From the NCBI GenBank assembly GCA_964016885.1, contig OZ024746.1, positions 13,206,001 through 13,270,000 of the forward strand: DNA of 64,000 nt. Direction: 5' to 3'. Position numbers and translations under genes: made by a program. The DNA comes from Eledone cirrhosa. Its lineage: Eukaryota. Positions 1-13,257 of the stretch are shown in pieces. Positions within the stretch are counted from its first letter, which is position 1. The number at the start of each line of letters is the position of its first letter. The notes beneath the pieces are model-generated. The model was not told the origin of the DNA and made no database searches. It saw nothing but the letters and a program-made list of their open reading frames with translations.

Positions 1-665
1 AAAAGACAGCATTCAGTGGTATTGCAAAAGATTCAGGCTTCTTAAAAAATAAATTTATTGCACCTCCAAGGACTTTGTTATGCTAACAAAACAAAAAAAA
101 TAACAAAAAAAAAGTATAGAGAATTTTATTTTAAAATTTAAGGTTATCAATTGCAATAAATATTTTTTCCTGTAGCTATAAAAAAAAAAAAAATTTAGCC
201 CAGTATAGTAAATAAGGGTAAATAAATAGCAAAGGTTATTTTTAAAACTGAAATTAACTTTTTAATTATAAACTAGATAGGTTTAATAGACAAATTTGAG
301 AATTACAAAGGAATATTTTTGCAAGATTTCCTCACGTTTATTAAAAACAAGTCTGAATTGAATTTTAAAAAATCTTTATAAAATAAGTAACTTCAAAAAT
401 ATTTAATTTATTTTTTCATCATTTTGTTTTAAATAAAATTTAGCACTGCATACCATTATTTGTAGAAAAGCTATTTTATTTATTTTTTTTTTTCACTCTT
501 TTCATTAGCAGATGGCATGGGTTGATTAGGGAAATTTTTAAACAGGGATTAATAAGACTTTAGAAAGATGGAATGCATTAAAAAATGAGCAGTTTAAAAT
601 TAGGAGATTAAAAATAGTCACTGGTAAAGAAAAAGAATCATGCAGACAGAACTAAAAAAATGAGT

Positions 666-1408
666 TTACAGATCTTCTACAAGAGGATTGGATAAGGCTT
701 TTATAATTGTTTTCATGAAAGCAGCAGCAGCGAGGGCAGCATAGGGTTGCCATTCTTTGTTCTTAGAGCCATCAGTATAATCAGATACACCACGAATAAA
801 CATGAAACTGTCTTTCCTATTGCCTTCAATAGACTCAAGAACTTGATCAAATTCAGTGTCAAAAGCTTTGATATTATATTTTCCAGCAAAATCAAGCCGA
901 GTGGCATCACTTTTTACAACAGGACGGCCTGAACCAAGCACGCCAAAATGAACCCTTGGCTTATCTGGATCGAAAGTGGAAACAATTTCTTCTGGAGGCT
1001 GAGGATGTTCAACTTCGATGACATTGTCTTCTCCGATATTCATATAAAGGCGATCTGTATTGGAAGATGGACGCATAAAGTGAACTTCTTGACCTTGCAG
1101 AAACTTCTGGCCCTCTTCAACATAGATTTCCCATGGTTTTGAACCAGGATTACATTCACTAGTTTCAACAATTTTCCTTGCTGTTTGCTGTAAGCAGTTA
1201 TCTTTAGGGGCAAATGTTTTGTGAATATACTGCAAATCTCCACTTTTATTTTTCAGGATTTTTTCACAGTAATAATAGATGACATTTCTGTCTTCACCTC
1301 GAGATATAACAACATCCCCTAGACGCACATGTTTATAATAATCTGTGTAGTAAGGGACACCGCCAGCAACACCAACAACAAACACATGCTCTATGTTCTG
1401 GAATGTTC
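666..1408 (-). CDS. Terminal coding exon of a nucleoside-phosphorylase-like (PNP_UDP_1/Pfs-type) domain protein
   Basis: Acceptor ttcag at 1409-1413. Reads (G)TFQNIEHVFVVGVAGGVP...RLGDVVIS...GVLGSG...AFDTE...IRGVSDYTDGSKNKEWQPYAALAAAAF...EDL* with stop at 666-668. VGVAGG, LGDVVIS and IRGVSDY..WQ.YAA are typical motifs of this fold. Confidence 0.9.
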
Positions 1409-1749
1409 CTGAAATAGATACAAGTCAATAGCTTAAGATAAAAAAGAAATCTTTACAGATTGAAAAGATTTAAATATTTTAAAGTAATTTCTTAAAGAAG
1501 CTGAAATAATGCAAATATCTTTTTAAAATAGCTGAAAACCTGAGTAGAAGAAGAATTAGGTTATTCTCAAACATGTCTGACTATCTGCCCAAGAAAATAC
1601 ATGGTTTGTAGCAGTCAACCAAGAAAGATGATATTGGCAAGAAGTTGTGTATGTACCGAAGACATTCATTCTCTCATAGTCCACCCCACACAACTATAAA
1701 TATGTACAGCAGCATAAAAATAAAAAAATGTTCTAAGAGCAGAATCGTA

Positions 1750-3044
1750 CAGGGTGTCAACAGTATTTGTTCACAATTTCAACTGCTAATTTTATGCATA
1801 TTTTTTTACTTTGTTGTCGGTCTTTTTTTGCTTGAAAACAATAACCATTTTTGTGTTTATTTTTTGCAGAATAATTGACTATGGACAATTTGGAACACCC
1901 AACCTGCAATTTGTGGAAGAGGCATGGAGTTCTCCTTGGAATCCATGCTGGAAGGACAAACAAAGAGATTTCAGACTTCCGCAGCATCAACATAAGGAAG
2001 GTGGAAAAGGTCAGAAAGAAGTTGCAAGATTCAAGATTCAACAACGAGGGGACAACATAGAGGAAAACCCATGATTGACAACTTGACGCCGTCAGAACGC
2101 CAGAGTTCATTGCTGAAGTCCAGGAGATCATGAATAATGATCCCAGAAAGTCAATGCATACCATTGTAAGGGAGAAAGGTGTGGCTGAAAAGCTCATCAG
2201 GCTTGTGGTGCATGAGGACATTCACTGTTTTACATGCAAAATGAATAAGGGACAATTTCTGTCCAAGTTGATACAGGAAAAGCCACTCAAGTATACCAAG
2301 AAGCTGATTAAGAAGTTAAAACACCCACTGGAACCAGACATGATGTGGTTCTTCTCCGATAAGAACTTCTGCCAAGACCAGAAGATCAACTCCCAGAACA
2401 AGAGGTGTCTTGCTGTCTCACCCAAGGATGTGCCCAGAGACATGTAGATGAAGTGTCCAGCAACAATCATGGTTTTCAGTGTTGTCAACTGTGCCATCAT
2501 GCCACTCCACTTCTTACCTGAGGACCTCAGGCTAAATACCGATGGCTACATCCATGATCTGAATGAGGTGGTGAAGACCTGGATCTACCGGGTAGCTGCA
2601 GCATGGGGAAAGTAGCTGTACATGGGGAAAGACTCAGCACCCTGCCATACCAGCCAGAAGACCCATGCCTTGGCTGTCAGAGAAGTTCTTCGACAACATT
2701 ACATCTCACATTTAGCCTCCCAACTTGCCCTCTTGACTTCACTGCGGGGCACGGTGGAACAAGAGACCAACAGATCCAGCTGCAACACGAAGGACAAGCT
2801 GAGTGCCATGATCACCAGGGCTTTCAGTGGCCTAAGACAGAAGACAATGAAGAAGGCTTGTGGCTGGTTCTGAGGCTGCCTAGAGGCTGTCATCGAAGTC
2901 AAAGGCCGGTTTATCAAGTGAGATTGACAGAATATGTCATGAAAACAAACTAACCCAAGTTTGGCAAATACATTTCAAAAAATAAAAAAAACTGTTATTT
3001 TTTCCGAAACAGTGATCTTGCAAACAAATACTGCCCACACCCTG
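1750..3044 (+). mobile_element. Degenerate Tc1/mariner transposon (maT/DD37D-like) with a frameshifted transposase
   Basis: Imperfect TIRs CAGGGTGTCAACAGTATTTGTT / AACAAATACTGCCCACACCCTG flanked by TA. Transposase pieces include NDPRKSMHTIVRE, WFFSDKNF and DSAPCH. Confidence 0.88.
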
Positions 3045-3449
3045 TAAAGTTAATAAATATTTCAATATCCTACAGAGAAGTAATTTCTGATAAACTGGTA
3101 TCCTTTTCAGGATGAAATTTGTTTCTGATCTGTTTAACAGCATGGAAAGTGAAGGTTAGCCTAGCAGATTAGCAGTAGCAGTAACATAGCATGATCCATA
3201 GTAGAGGTGTATATGAAAGCATACACAATATGTTTATGTATAATAAACAAACATAAGTGTAGCTATGGATGTTTTAAGCTGTCATCCTGTCAGATTTACC
3301 TCAGTAGACATGTTCTACTGCGGTAGACATGATTGTAGCTTAAAACATTGATAGCAAGACTTATGTAAGTTTATTATCCATAAACATATTGTAATATATG
3401 CCTCTATTAGCCTAATAGAGTACAAAAAAGGAACCAATCACCAGATTAA

Positions 3450-3671
3450 CCCTTTACCATTTACATTACTCTATGTTTACTATTATATTTTCACGGTAAA
3501 GGATTTACCTTACATAATTATCTCACATAATAATGAATCTATGAGATTTTGATATTATTTATTTTGAGAACAATACCATAACATCAGTATGAGCAGCCAG
3601 TTACAGCCGGTTTGAAACAGAAATAGGTGGGAGAATTCTGGCCAGATATGGCCAGTTTAAATGCTAAAGGG
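3450..3671. mobile_element. TTAA-flanked MITE (piggyBac-like)
   Basis: ttaa-CCCTTT...AAAGGG-ttaa ends. Related copies at 23158-23365 and about 41143-41336 lie in the opposite orientation. Confidence 0.75.
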
Positions 3672-4959
3672 TTAAACTGAGGAAATTTTTCCATTGAATT
3701 TTCCATTACTGATACTATCTGCTAGTCACAACTCTTACTGTGATATATGAAATGACATTCAAAAGATGTTCTCATACGTCTCCAAAGTAGTGTGTTAGAC
3801 AATCTCTTAGCCACAGATAACTAATATTCAAAATTAATATGTGACATGAAACAACATGTTTTTGGTTGTTAGAACTGCAGGGTGTTTGAAAATGGAGACA
3901 TGATGCTATCTCTAAATACCTTCACCTGATGGTGCCGTAAGTTAATAATACATAAAATTTAATACTTACATTACTTCAACATAAGCAAACTTACTACAAG
4001 AATTGATATATGTAATACATTATACCAGTGAGTTTGTAAACAAAAACTAACCACTACACAAAAGCAGATTGGACCAATGCCAGAAGTATCATTTTTAACG
4101 CACAAAAATTATTCTAAAATGAGTATCACTGCAAATGGGTGTAGAAATGGCTGTGTGGTTAAGTTTGCTTTGGAACCACAAAGGTTTCGGGTTCAATTCT
4201 CTTCTCCCATAAAACCCAGATGCACCAGTGTCTTGTGTGTGGAATTTAGTAGATGGACACTGTGCAGAAGCCTGCCGTGTGTGTGTGTATTATAAATATA
4301 TATAGGTAAACCTGCAAGACAGATAGACTGCATACTGAACATGAAACAATAGATAGCTGCTTGTGAATATTCAGTGTTTCCTTGGTGAAGAATGTATCAC
4401 TCAACATAGTAATTAGTGACATGAAAGTAAGAACTAGACAGAGTGAGAGACACAAGACAATCTGGAGAATGAAGGTATGGCAGAGATATGTAGTTTAAAT
4501 GAAGTACTGTGTATGTTGAGAAGGAAATAGAATCCTATAACAGAGAAGGCAAATGGTAGTTTCTATGAGACACATACTAATTCAATAGATTGAGCAAGGT
4601 TCTCACCAGAAAGTAACATGATAGGGAACTGGGATGGTATGGTAGATAGAACCATAAAAGCCAAGAGACAGGTAAGACAGGGAGAGCAAAGAACAATATA
4701 ATAACAATGAACATTATTGTGTACAGTGCTCAGGTGCACATATAATACATAGTGATCTACCATGGAGAGAGGGCGGATCGACCCTAATACTGGGTACTTT
4801 ATCGACCCCAGAAGAATGAAAGACAAAGTTGACTTCAGAAGGATCTGAGAGGTGTCATAACCAGTATCTGGTATAGCAATATCATCAACTGCTACATAGG
4901 TAAAGGAAATGTTCTAGAAAGAAGCAACCACAGGAGAAGTACATAGCTAAGTGCAGGCT

Positions 4960-5790
4960 TCAATACTTAAAATTCGTTGACCTGGAGAAGGCTTTGACAG
5001 AGTACTATGCTGCTCTATAGTCAGGCAGTTGCTAAGAAAATTAGATGTAGATTAATGGCTTATAGGAGCCATGTAAGGTATGTATCAGCAAGACTCAGTC
5101 ATCATACACCTGCTATAGTTCTTCAGGCCATATCAGGTGGTTAAGAAGGGCTATGATCAAGTTTTTATAGTTGGATCTATCAAAGAATTAGAGAAGAAAT
5201 TTCTAATGTGGAGCGCCAAGAATAGAGATGTTAAAAGTAAACATGGTAAATAGAAATGTTAGCAAGAAAGAAGACAGGATTCTACTGCCATCTGGGATGT
5301 AAACAAGATGAATAAACAGAAGTAGGGAATTCTATATTGTGTACTCAATGTAATCTATGGGTGTACATAAGATGGAGTGGAATCACAGGCTGCTTAACAA
5401 AGAAAAGAGACTTTGTATGTAGCAGAAATACACAGGTGTACTCATGATATATATTCTTTCAAATGTTTGGAGATTTTTAAAAGTTGAGTGTGTGTTGGGA
5501 GTTGAGTGCCCCTAAAAAACCTAGTAGGGTCAAAACACGGTGGAACAATTTTGGTGACCTTAGCTGGCAACAGTGAGATTCTCGCCCCGAGTGTAAGGAA
5601 GATTGTATGATACTTATGTTCAAAGCATGGAATTGCATCGTGATGGAAGTTGGGGATTGAAAGTGAAATTGGATAAAGAAGGGTCAACTGATGAAAGAGA
5701 AGAAGTGGTCAAAGATGATCTCAGGAGGCTGAACCTCATGAAAGAAATAACACAGGACCACAACCACTGAGGTGAATATGACCACAGTGA
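4960..5790 (+). mobile_element. Decayed RTE-like LINE remnant
   Basis: FVDLEKAFDRV-like reverse-transcriptase motif near 4973-5005, followed by a heavily interrupted coding-like tract. Confidence 0.55.
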
Positions 5791-6875
5791 CATACTGAGG
5801 TGGAGATGACCACAGTGAAATATTGTGGTGGAGATGACCACAGGACCACAACAGTGAAATATTGTGGTAGAGATGATGATGGTGAAATATTGTGGTGGAG
5901 ATGACCACAGGATCTCAACAGTGAAATATTGTGGTGGAGATGACCACAGGACCACAACAGTGAAATATTGTGGTGGAGATGACCACAGGATCTCAACAGT
6001 GAAATATTGTGGTGGAGATGACCACAGGATCTCAACAGTGAAATATTGTGGTGGAGATGACCACAGGATCTCAACAGTGAAATATTGTGGTGGAGATGAC
6101 CACAGGATCTCAACAGTGAAATATTGTGGTGGAGATGACCACAGGATCTCAACAGTGAAATATTGTGGTGGAGATGACCACAGGACCTCAACAGTGAAAT
6201 ATTGTGGTGGAGATGACCACAGGATCTCAACAGTGAAATATTGTGGTGGAGATGACCACAGGACCTCAACAGTGAAATATTGTGGTGGAGATGACCACAG
6301 GACCTCAACAGTGAAATATTGTGGTGGAGATGACCACAAGACCTCAACAGTGAAATACTGTACTAGAGGTGACCAGAGGACCTCAACAGTGAAATATTGT
6401 GGTGGAGATGACCACAGGACCTCAACAGTGAAATACTGTACTAGAGGTGACCAGAGGACCTCAACAATGGAATACTGTACTAGAGAAGACGACAGGACCT
6501 CAACAATGCAATACTGTGGTAGAGATGACCACAGGACCTCAATAGTGAAAAGATGACCACAGGACCTCAACAGTGAAATACTGTACTAGAGGTGACCACA
6601 GGACCTCAACAGTGAAATACTGTACTAGAGATGACCAGAGGACCTCAACAGTGAAATACTGTGGTAGAGATGACCACAGGACCTCAACAGTGAAATACTG
6701 TGGTAGAGATGACCAGAGGACCTCAACAGTGAAATACTGTACTAGAGATGACCACAGGACCTCAACAGTGAAATATTGTGGTGGAGATGACCACAGGACC
6801 TCAACAATGAAATACTGTACTAGAGGTGACCAGAGGACCTCAACAGTGAAATATTGTGGTGGAGATGACCTCAAC
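5780..6875. repeat. 39-bp minisatellite, about 27 units
   Basis: Unit ACAGTGAAATATTGTGGTGGAGATGACCACAGGATCTCA. It explains the 13-aa-repeat ORFs on both strands. Confidence 0.95.
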
Positions 6876-7071
6876 AATCTGTCCACTAATAAAGATACCA
6901 TAAACATTTAAATTAACAAACCTGTGTTTTTAGATATTTTCTTTCAAATCATTACCGGATGTTAATAATGATAATAATAAAGAAATTATTGTGTATAGTG
7001 GTCAGGTGCACTACAACTCATCAAAGGTGCATGTATAGTACATAGAATAATGTATAAATGTCAGGGAAGAG

Positions 7072-7340
7072 TCATGATATACATGTGTGCATGTGTATGG
7101 AGGGGGGGACATCAGTTGTAGTGTTGGCGAATCTCAGGAAGCATGGAGGTTTTAAAGGATACAGTGTCTCGACAGCTAACAACTGATGCAGGTAGTTTCT
7201 TCCATGCTTCAGCAACTCTGAGCATGAAAAAATGTTTCCAAAAGTCATGGGAGCTGTGCTGTTTTCTGACTTTGTTGGCATGCCCACGTGTGTTAGACAC
7301 ATGGAAATTAAAAAGGTACTCAGGGTTGTTGTTGGCAAGA
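7072..7340 (-). mobile_element. CR1/L2-type LINE 3' fragment
   Basis: TRGH...KHFFMLRVAEAWKKLPASVVSCRDTVSFK matches the C-terminal motif of CR1/L2 ORF2. Confidence 0.7.
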
Positions 7341-7371
7341 TGGTTAATAATTAAGAGTTAAAAACAGTGAC

Positions 7372-10300
7372 TCCCCTGTTACTAACATATATTGGCAGTC
7401 CCTGTTACTAATATATTGGCAGTCCCTGTTACTAACATATATTGGTGGTCCCTGTTACTAACATATATTACCCCCACCCCCATCAAGACCACCCTTTCTC
7501 TGTAAAGTTATGTTGGTACTACAATATCCAGTCCTAAATAAATGAGGTTGTGTAGGTGTCACGACAAAAAAAAACACAGTTCACGCTGTAATGTGGCCGT
7601 GTAGGTAACACTGTAAAAACCTCCCAGTCCACACTGTAAAAGTGGTTGGTGTTAGGAAGGGCATCCAGCCGGAGAAAACCTGCCAGACAGCTCTATACGA
7701 GCGAGATGACCAATCTTGCCTCAGGTGGTACAATTCCCGTCTAAACCAATGCTAGTGTGGATGATAGACGTTACATGATGATGATGATTGGTGGTCCCTG
7801 TCACTAACATATACTGGTGGTCCCTGTTACTAACATATATTGGTGGTCCCTGTTACTAACATATATTGGTGGTCCCTGTTACTAACATATATTGGCAGTC
7901 CCTGTTACTAACATATATTGGTGGTCCCTGTTACTAACATATATTGGTGGTCCCTGTTACTAACATATATTGGTGGTCCCTGTTACTAACATATATTGGT
8001 GGTCCCTGTCACTAACATATATTGGTGGTCCCTGTTACTAACATATATTGGTGGTCCCTGTTACTAACATATATTGGCAGTCCCTGTTACTAACATATAT
8101 TGGTGGTCCCTGTTACTAACATATATTGGTGGTCCCTGTCACTAACATATTGGTGGTCCCTGTCACTAACATATATTGGTGGTCCCTGTCACTAACATAT
8201 ATTGGTGGTCCCTGTCACTAACATATATTGGTGGTCCCTGTCACTAACATATATTGGTGGTCCCTGTTACTAACATATATTCGTGGTCCCTGTTACTAAC
8301 ATATATTGGTGGTCCCTGTTACTAACATATATTGGTGGTCCCTGTCACTAACATATATTGGTGGTCCCTGTCACTAACATATATTGGTGGTCCCTGTTAC
8401 TAACATATATTCGTGGTCCCTGTTACTAACATATATTGGTGGTCCCTGTCACTAACATATATTGGTGGTCCCTGTCACTAACATATATTGGTGGTCCCTG
8501 TTACTAACATATATTCGTGGTCCCTGTCACTAACATATATTGGTGGTCCCTGTTACTAACATATTGGTGGTCCCTGTTACTAACATATATTGGTGGTCCT
8601 TGTCACTAACATATATTGGTGGTCCCTGTTACTAACATATATTCGTGGTCCCTGTTACTAACATATATTGGTGGTCCCTGTCACTAACATATATTGGTGG
8701 TCCCTGTTACTAACATATATTGGTGGTCCCTGTCACTAACATATATTGGTGGTCCCTGTCACTAACATATATTGGTGGTCCCTGTTACTAACATATTGGT
8801 GGTCCCTGTTACTAACATATATTGGTGGTCCCTGTTACTAACATATTGGTGGTCCCTGTTACTAACATATTGGTGGTCCCTGTCACTAACATATATTGGT
8901 GGTCCCTGTCACTAACATATATTGGTGGTCCCTGTTACTAACATATTGGTGGTCCCTGTCACTAACATATATTGGTGGTCCCTGTTACTAACATATTGGT
9001 GGTCCCTGTTACTAACATATTGGTGGTCCCTGTCACTAACATATATTGGTGGTCCCTGTTACTAACATATTGGTGGTCCCTGTCACTAACATATTGGTGG
9101 TCCCTGTTACTAACATATTGGTGGTCCCTGTCACTAACATATATTGGTGGTCCCTGTGGTCCCTGTTACTAACATATATTGGTGGTCCCTGTTACTAACA
9201 TATTGGTGGTCCCTGTCACTAACATATATTGGTGGTCCCTGTTACTAACATATTGGTGGTCCCTGTCACTAACATATATTGGTGGTCCCTGTTACTAACA
9301 TATTGGTGGTCCCTGTCACTAACATATACTGGTGGTCCCTGTCACTAACATATACTGGTGGTCCCTGTCACTAACATATTGGTGGTCCCTGTTACTAACA
9401 TATATTGGCAGTCCCTGTTACTAACATATATTGGTGGTCCCTGTTACTAACATATATTGGTGGTCCCTGTTACTAACATATATTGGTGGTCCCTGTCACT
9501 AACATATATTGGTGGTCCCTGTTACTAACATATATTGGTGGTCCCTGTCACTAACATATATTGGTGGTCCCTGTTACTAACATATATTGGCAGTCCCTGT
9601 TACTAACATATTGGCAGTCCCTGTTACTAACATATATTGGTGGTCCCTGTTACTAACATATTGGTGGTCCCTGTTACTAACATATTGGTGGTCCCTGTCA
9701 CTAACATATATTGGTGGTCCCTGTTACTAACATATATTGGTGGTCCCTGTTACTAACATATATTGGTGGTCCCTGTCACTAACATATATTGGTGGTCCCT
9801 GTCACTAACATATATTGGTGGTCCCTGTCACTAACATATATTGGTGGTCCCTGTCACTAACATATATCGGTGGTCCCTGTCACTAACATATATCGGTGGT
9901 CCCTGTCACTAACATATATTGGTGGTCCCTGTCACTAACATATATTGGTGGTCCCTGTCACTAACATATATCGGTGGTCCCTGTCACTAACATATATCGG
10001 TGGTCCCTGTCACTAACATATACTGGTGGTCCCTGTCACTAACATATTGGTGGTCCCTGTTACTAACATATATTGGTGGTCCCTGTTACTAACATATACT
10101 GGTGGTCCCTGTTACTAACATATACTGGTGGTCCCTGTTACTAACATATACTGGTGGTCCCTGTTACTAACATATATTGGTGGTCCCTGTCACTAACATA
10201 TACTGGTGGTCCCTGTTACTAACATATTGGTGGTCCCTGTCACTAACATATATCGGTGGTCCCTGTTACTAACATATATTGGTGGTCCCTGTTACTAACA

Positions 10301-12577
10301 TATATCGGTGGTCCCTGTTACTAACATATACTGGTGGTCCCTGTCACTAACATATATTGGTGGTCCCTGTTACTAACATATTGGTGGTCCCTGTCACTAA
10401 CATATATCGGTGGTCCCTGTCACTAACATATATTGGTGGTCCCTGTTACTAACATATTGGTGGTCCCTGTCACTAACATATTGGTGGTCCCTGTCACTAA
10501 CATATATTGGTGGTCCCTGTCACTAACATATATTGGTGGTCCCTGTCACTAACATATATTGGTGGTCCCTGTCACTAACATATATCGGTGGTCCCTGTTA
10601 CTAACATATATTGGTGGTCCCTGTTACTAACATATTGGTGGTCTCTGTTACTAACATATATTGGAGGTCCCTGTCACTAACATATTGGTGGTCCCTGTCA
10701 CTAACATATATTGGTGGTCCCTGTCACTAACATATACTGGTGGTCCCTGTTACTAACATATATTGGCAGTCCCTGTCACTAACATATATTGGTGGTCCCT
10801 GTTACTAACATATATTGGTGGTCCCTGTCACTAACATATATTGGTGGTCCCTGTCACTAACATATATTGGCAGTCCCTGTCACTAACATATATTGGTGGT
10901 CCCTGTCACTAACATATACTGGTGGTCCCTGTCACTAACATATATTGGCAGTCCCTGTCACTAACATATATTGGCAGTCCCTGTCACTAACATATATTGG
11001 TGGTCCCTGTCACTAACATATACTGGTGGTCCCTGTCACTAACATATACTGGTGGTCCCTGTCACTAACATATATTGGTGGTCCTTGTTACTAACATATA
11101 TTGGTGGTCCCTGTTACTAACATATACTGGTGGTCCCTGTTACTAACATATACTGGTGGTCCCTGTCACTAACATATATTGGTGGTCCTTGTTACTAACA
11201 TATATTGGTGGTCCCTGTCACTAACATATATTGGTGGTCCCTGTTATAACATATATTGGTGGTCCCTGTCACTAACATATATTGGTGGTCCCTGTTACTA
11301 ACATATATTGGTGGTCCCTGTCACTAACATATATTGGTGGTCCCTGTTATAACATATATTGGTGGTCCCTGTCACTAACATATATTGGTGGTCCCTGTTA
11401 CTAACATATATTGGTGGTCCCTGTCACTAACATATATTGGTGGTCCCTGTCACTAACATATATTGGTGGTCCCTGTCACTAACATATACTGGTGGTCCCT
11501 GTTACTAACATATATTGGTGGTCCCTGTCACTAACATATATTGGTGGTCCTTGTTACTAACATATATTGGCAGTCCCTGTCACTAACATATACTGGTGGT
11601 CCCTGTTACTAACATATATTGGTGGTCCCTGTTACTAACATATATTGGTGGTCCTTGTTACTAACATATATTGGCAGTCCCTGTCACTAACATATACTGG
11701 TGGTCCTTGTTACTAACATATATTGGTGGTCCCTGTTACTAACATATATTGGTGGTCCCTGTCACTAACATATATTGGTGGTCCCTGTCACTAACATATA
11801 TTGGTGGTCCCTGTCACTAACATATATTGGTGGTCCCTGTTACTAACATATATTGGTGGTCCCTGTTACTAACATATATTGGTGGTCCCTGTTACTAACA
11901 TATATTGGTGGTCCCTGTCACTAACATATATTGGTGGTCCCTGTCACTAACATATATTGGTGGTCCTTGTTACTAACATATATTGGCGGTCCCTGTCACT
12001 AACATATATTGGTGGTCCCTGTTACTAACATATATTGGTGGTCCCTGTTACTAACATATATTGGTGGTCCCTGTTACTAACATATATTGGTGGTCCCTGT
12101 TACTAACATATATTGGTGGCCCTTGTTACTAACATATATTGGAGGTCCCTGTCACTAACATATATTGGTGGTCCCTGTCACTAACATATTGGTGGTCCCT
12201 GTTACTAACATATATTGGTGGTCCCTGTCACTAACATATATTGGCAGTCCCTGTTACTAACATATATTGGTGGTCCCTGTTACTAACATATATTGGTGGT
12301 CCCTGTTACTAACATATATTGGTGGTCCCTGTGGTCCCTGTAACTAACATATATTGGTGGTCCCTGTTACTAACATATATTGGTGGTCCCTGTCACTAAC
12401 ATATATTGGTGGTCCCTGTTACTAACATATATTGGTGGTCCCTGTTACTAACATATATTGGTGGTCCCTGTTACTAACATATATTGGTGGTCCCTGTTAC
12501 TAACATATATTGGTGGTCCCTGTTACTAACATATATTGGTGGTCCCTGTTACTAACATATATTGGTGGTCCCTGTAA
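7372..12577. repeat. 26-bp (24-bp variant) minisatellite of about 5 kb, interrupted by a SINE
   Basis: Unit TTGGTGGTCCCTGT(T/C)ACTAACATATA, roughly 190 copies estimated from length. Confidence 0.97.
7470..7788 (+). mobile_element. SINE with (GAT)n tail inside the 26-bp array
   Basis: gttggtgttaggaagggcatccag core and ...gacgttacatgatgatgatga tail, shared with other copies in the window. Confidence 0.7.
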
Positions 12578-12724
12578 CAACTCTGTCTTGCTCACTGTTA
12601 TAACAATAATTCTCAATTAACAACACTAAATGTTGTTTAGCCACAAAATGTTATTTTTCTAAGCTCTGTAATGAAGACAAACGAACAAATTGAACAGTTT
12701 CTGAATACATAAAAATGATCTTAC

Positions 12725-12850
12725 CAAGTAATCTTGTTGTAGTGTTTCCAGAAGATATTTGAGCAAACCTCGCGTGTCCGATAGCAGGGAGCTTTGTAGA
12801 AACAACTTTGTGTTCTCCAATAAACCCAATGGTATAAACATTGGATTCTC
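12725..12850 (-). CDS. Coding exon (126 nt), N-terminal part of the phosphorylase domain
   Basis: cag/gtaag boundaries, phase 1-1. Reads (G)ESNVYTIGFIGEHKVVSTKLPAIGHARFAQISSGNTTTRLL(G) and joins both neighbours in frame. Confidence 0.9.
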
Positions 12851-13134
12851 CTGAGGGAATAGAAGAAATGAAAGAAATATATTAATGTGTGTTTCTCCCT
12901 CACTCCATTCAGACATCAAACCACGTACTATCATTATGGCAAAGCAATAAGTTAACAGAGTTGTTAGACAAAAATCTTGCAGTATTTGTTTTAGCTTTTT
13001 GTGCTCCAAGTCCAAATCCTATTGAGGTCAACATTGTCTTTCATCCTTTGGGAGTCAATACATACAGATGTAGTCCAGCACTGGGGTCAATTCTTCAAGC
13101 TTTTTCTCTTTCCAGAAGAAACTATCTATGGTCA

Positions 13135-13257
13135 AACCTAGAGGGCAACTGGCTCTGCTAGGTTTACAATGCCCAAACCTAGAGGCAACTGGCTCTGCTA
13201 GGTTTACAATGCCCAAACCTAGAGGCAACTGGCTCTGCTAGGTTTACAATGCCCAAA
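13135..13257. repeat. 40-bp tandem repeat, 3 copies
   Basis: Unit AAACCTAGAGGCAACTGGCTCTGCTAGGTTTACAATGCCC. Confidence 0.9.

Noticed and set aside
5620-6911. Long ORFs (up to 316 aa) with 13-aa repeats on both strands
   Set aside because: By-product of a 39-bp stop-poor minisatellite inside an intron, with no splice or homology support.
7372-12577. CRISPR-like appearance of the repeat array
   Set aside because: Head-to-tail units with no unique spacers, eukaryotic context and no cas genes.
12659-13015. 118-aa and 60-aa ORFs overlapping the 12725-12850 exon
   Set aside because: Wrong frames. The real exon is read in the third frame between splice sites.
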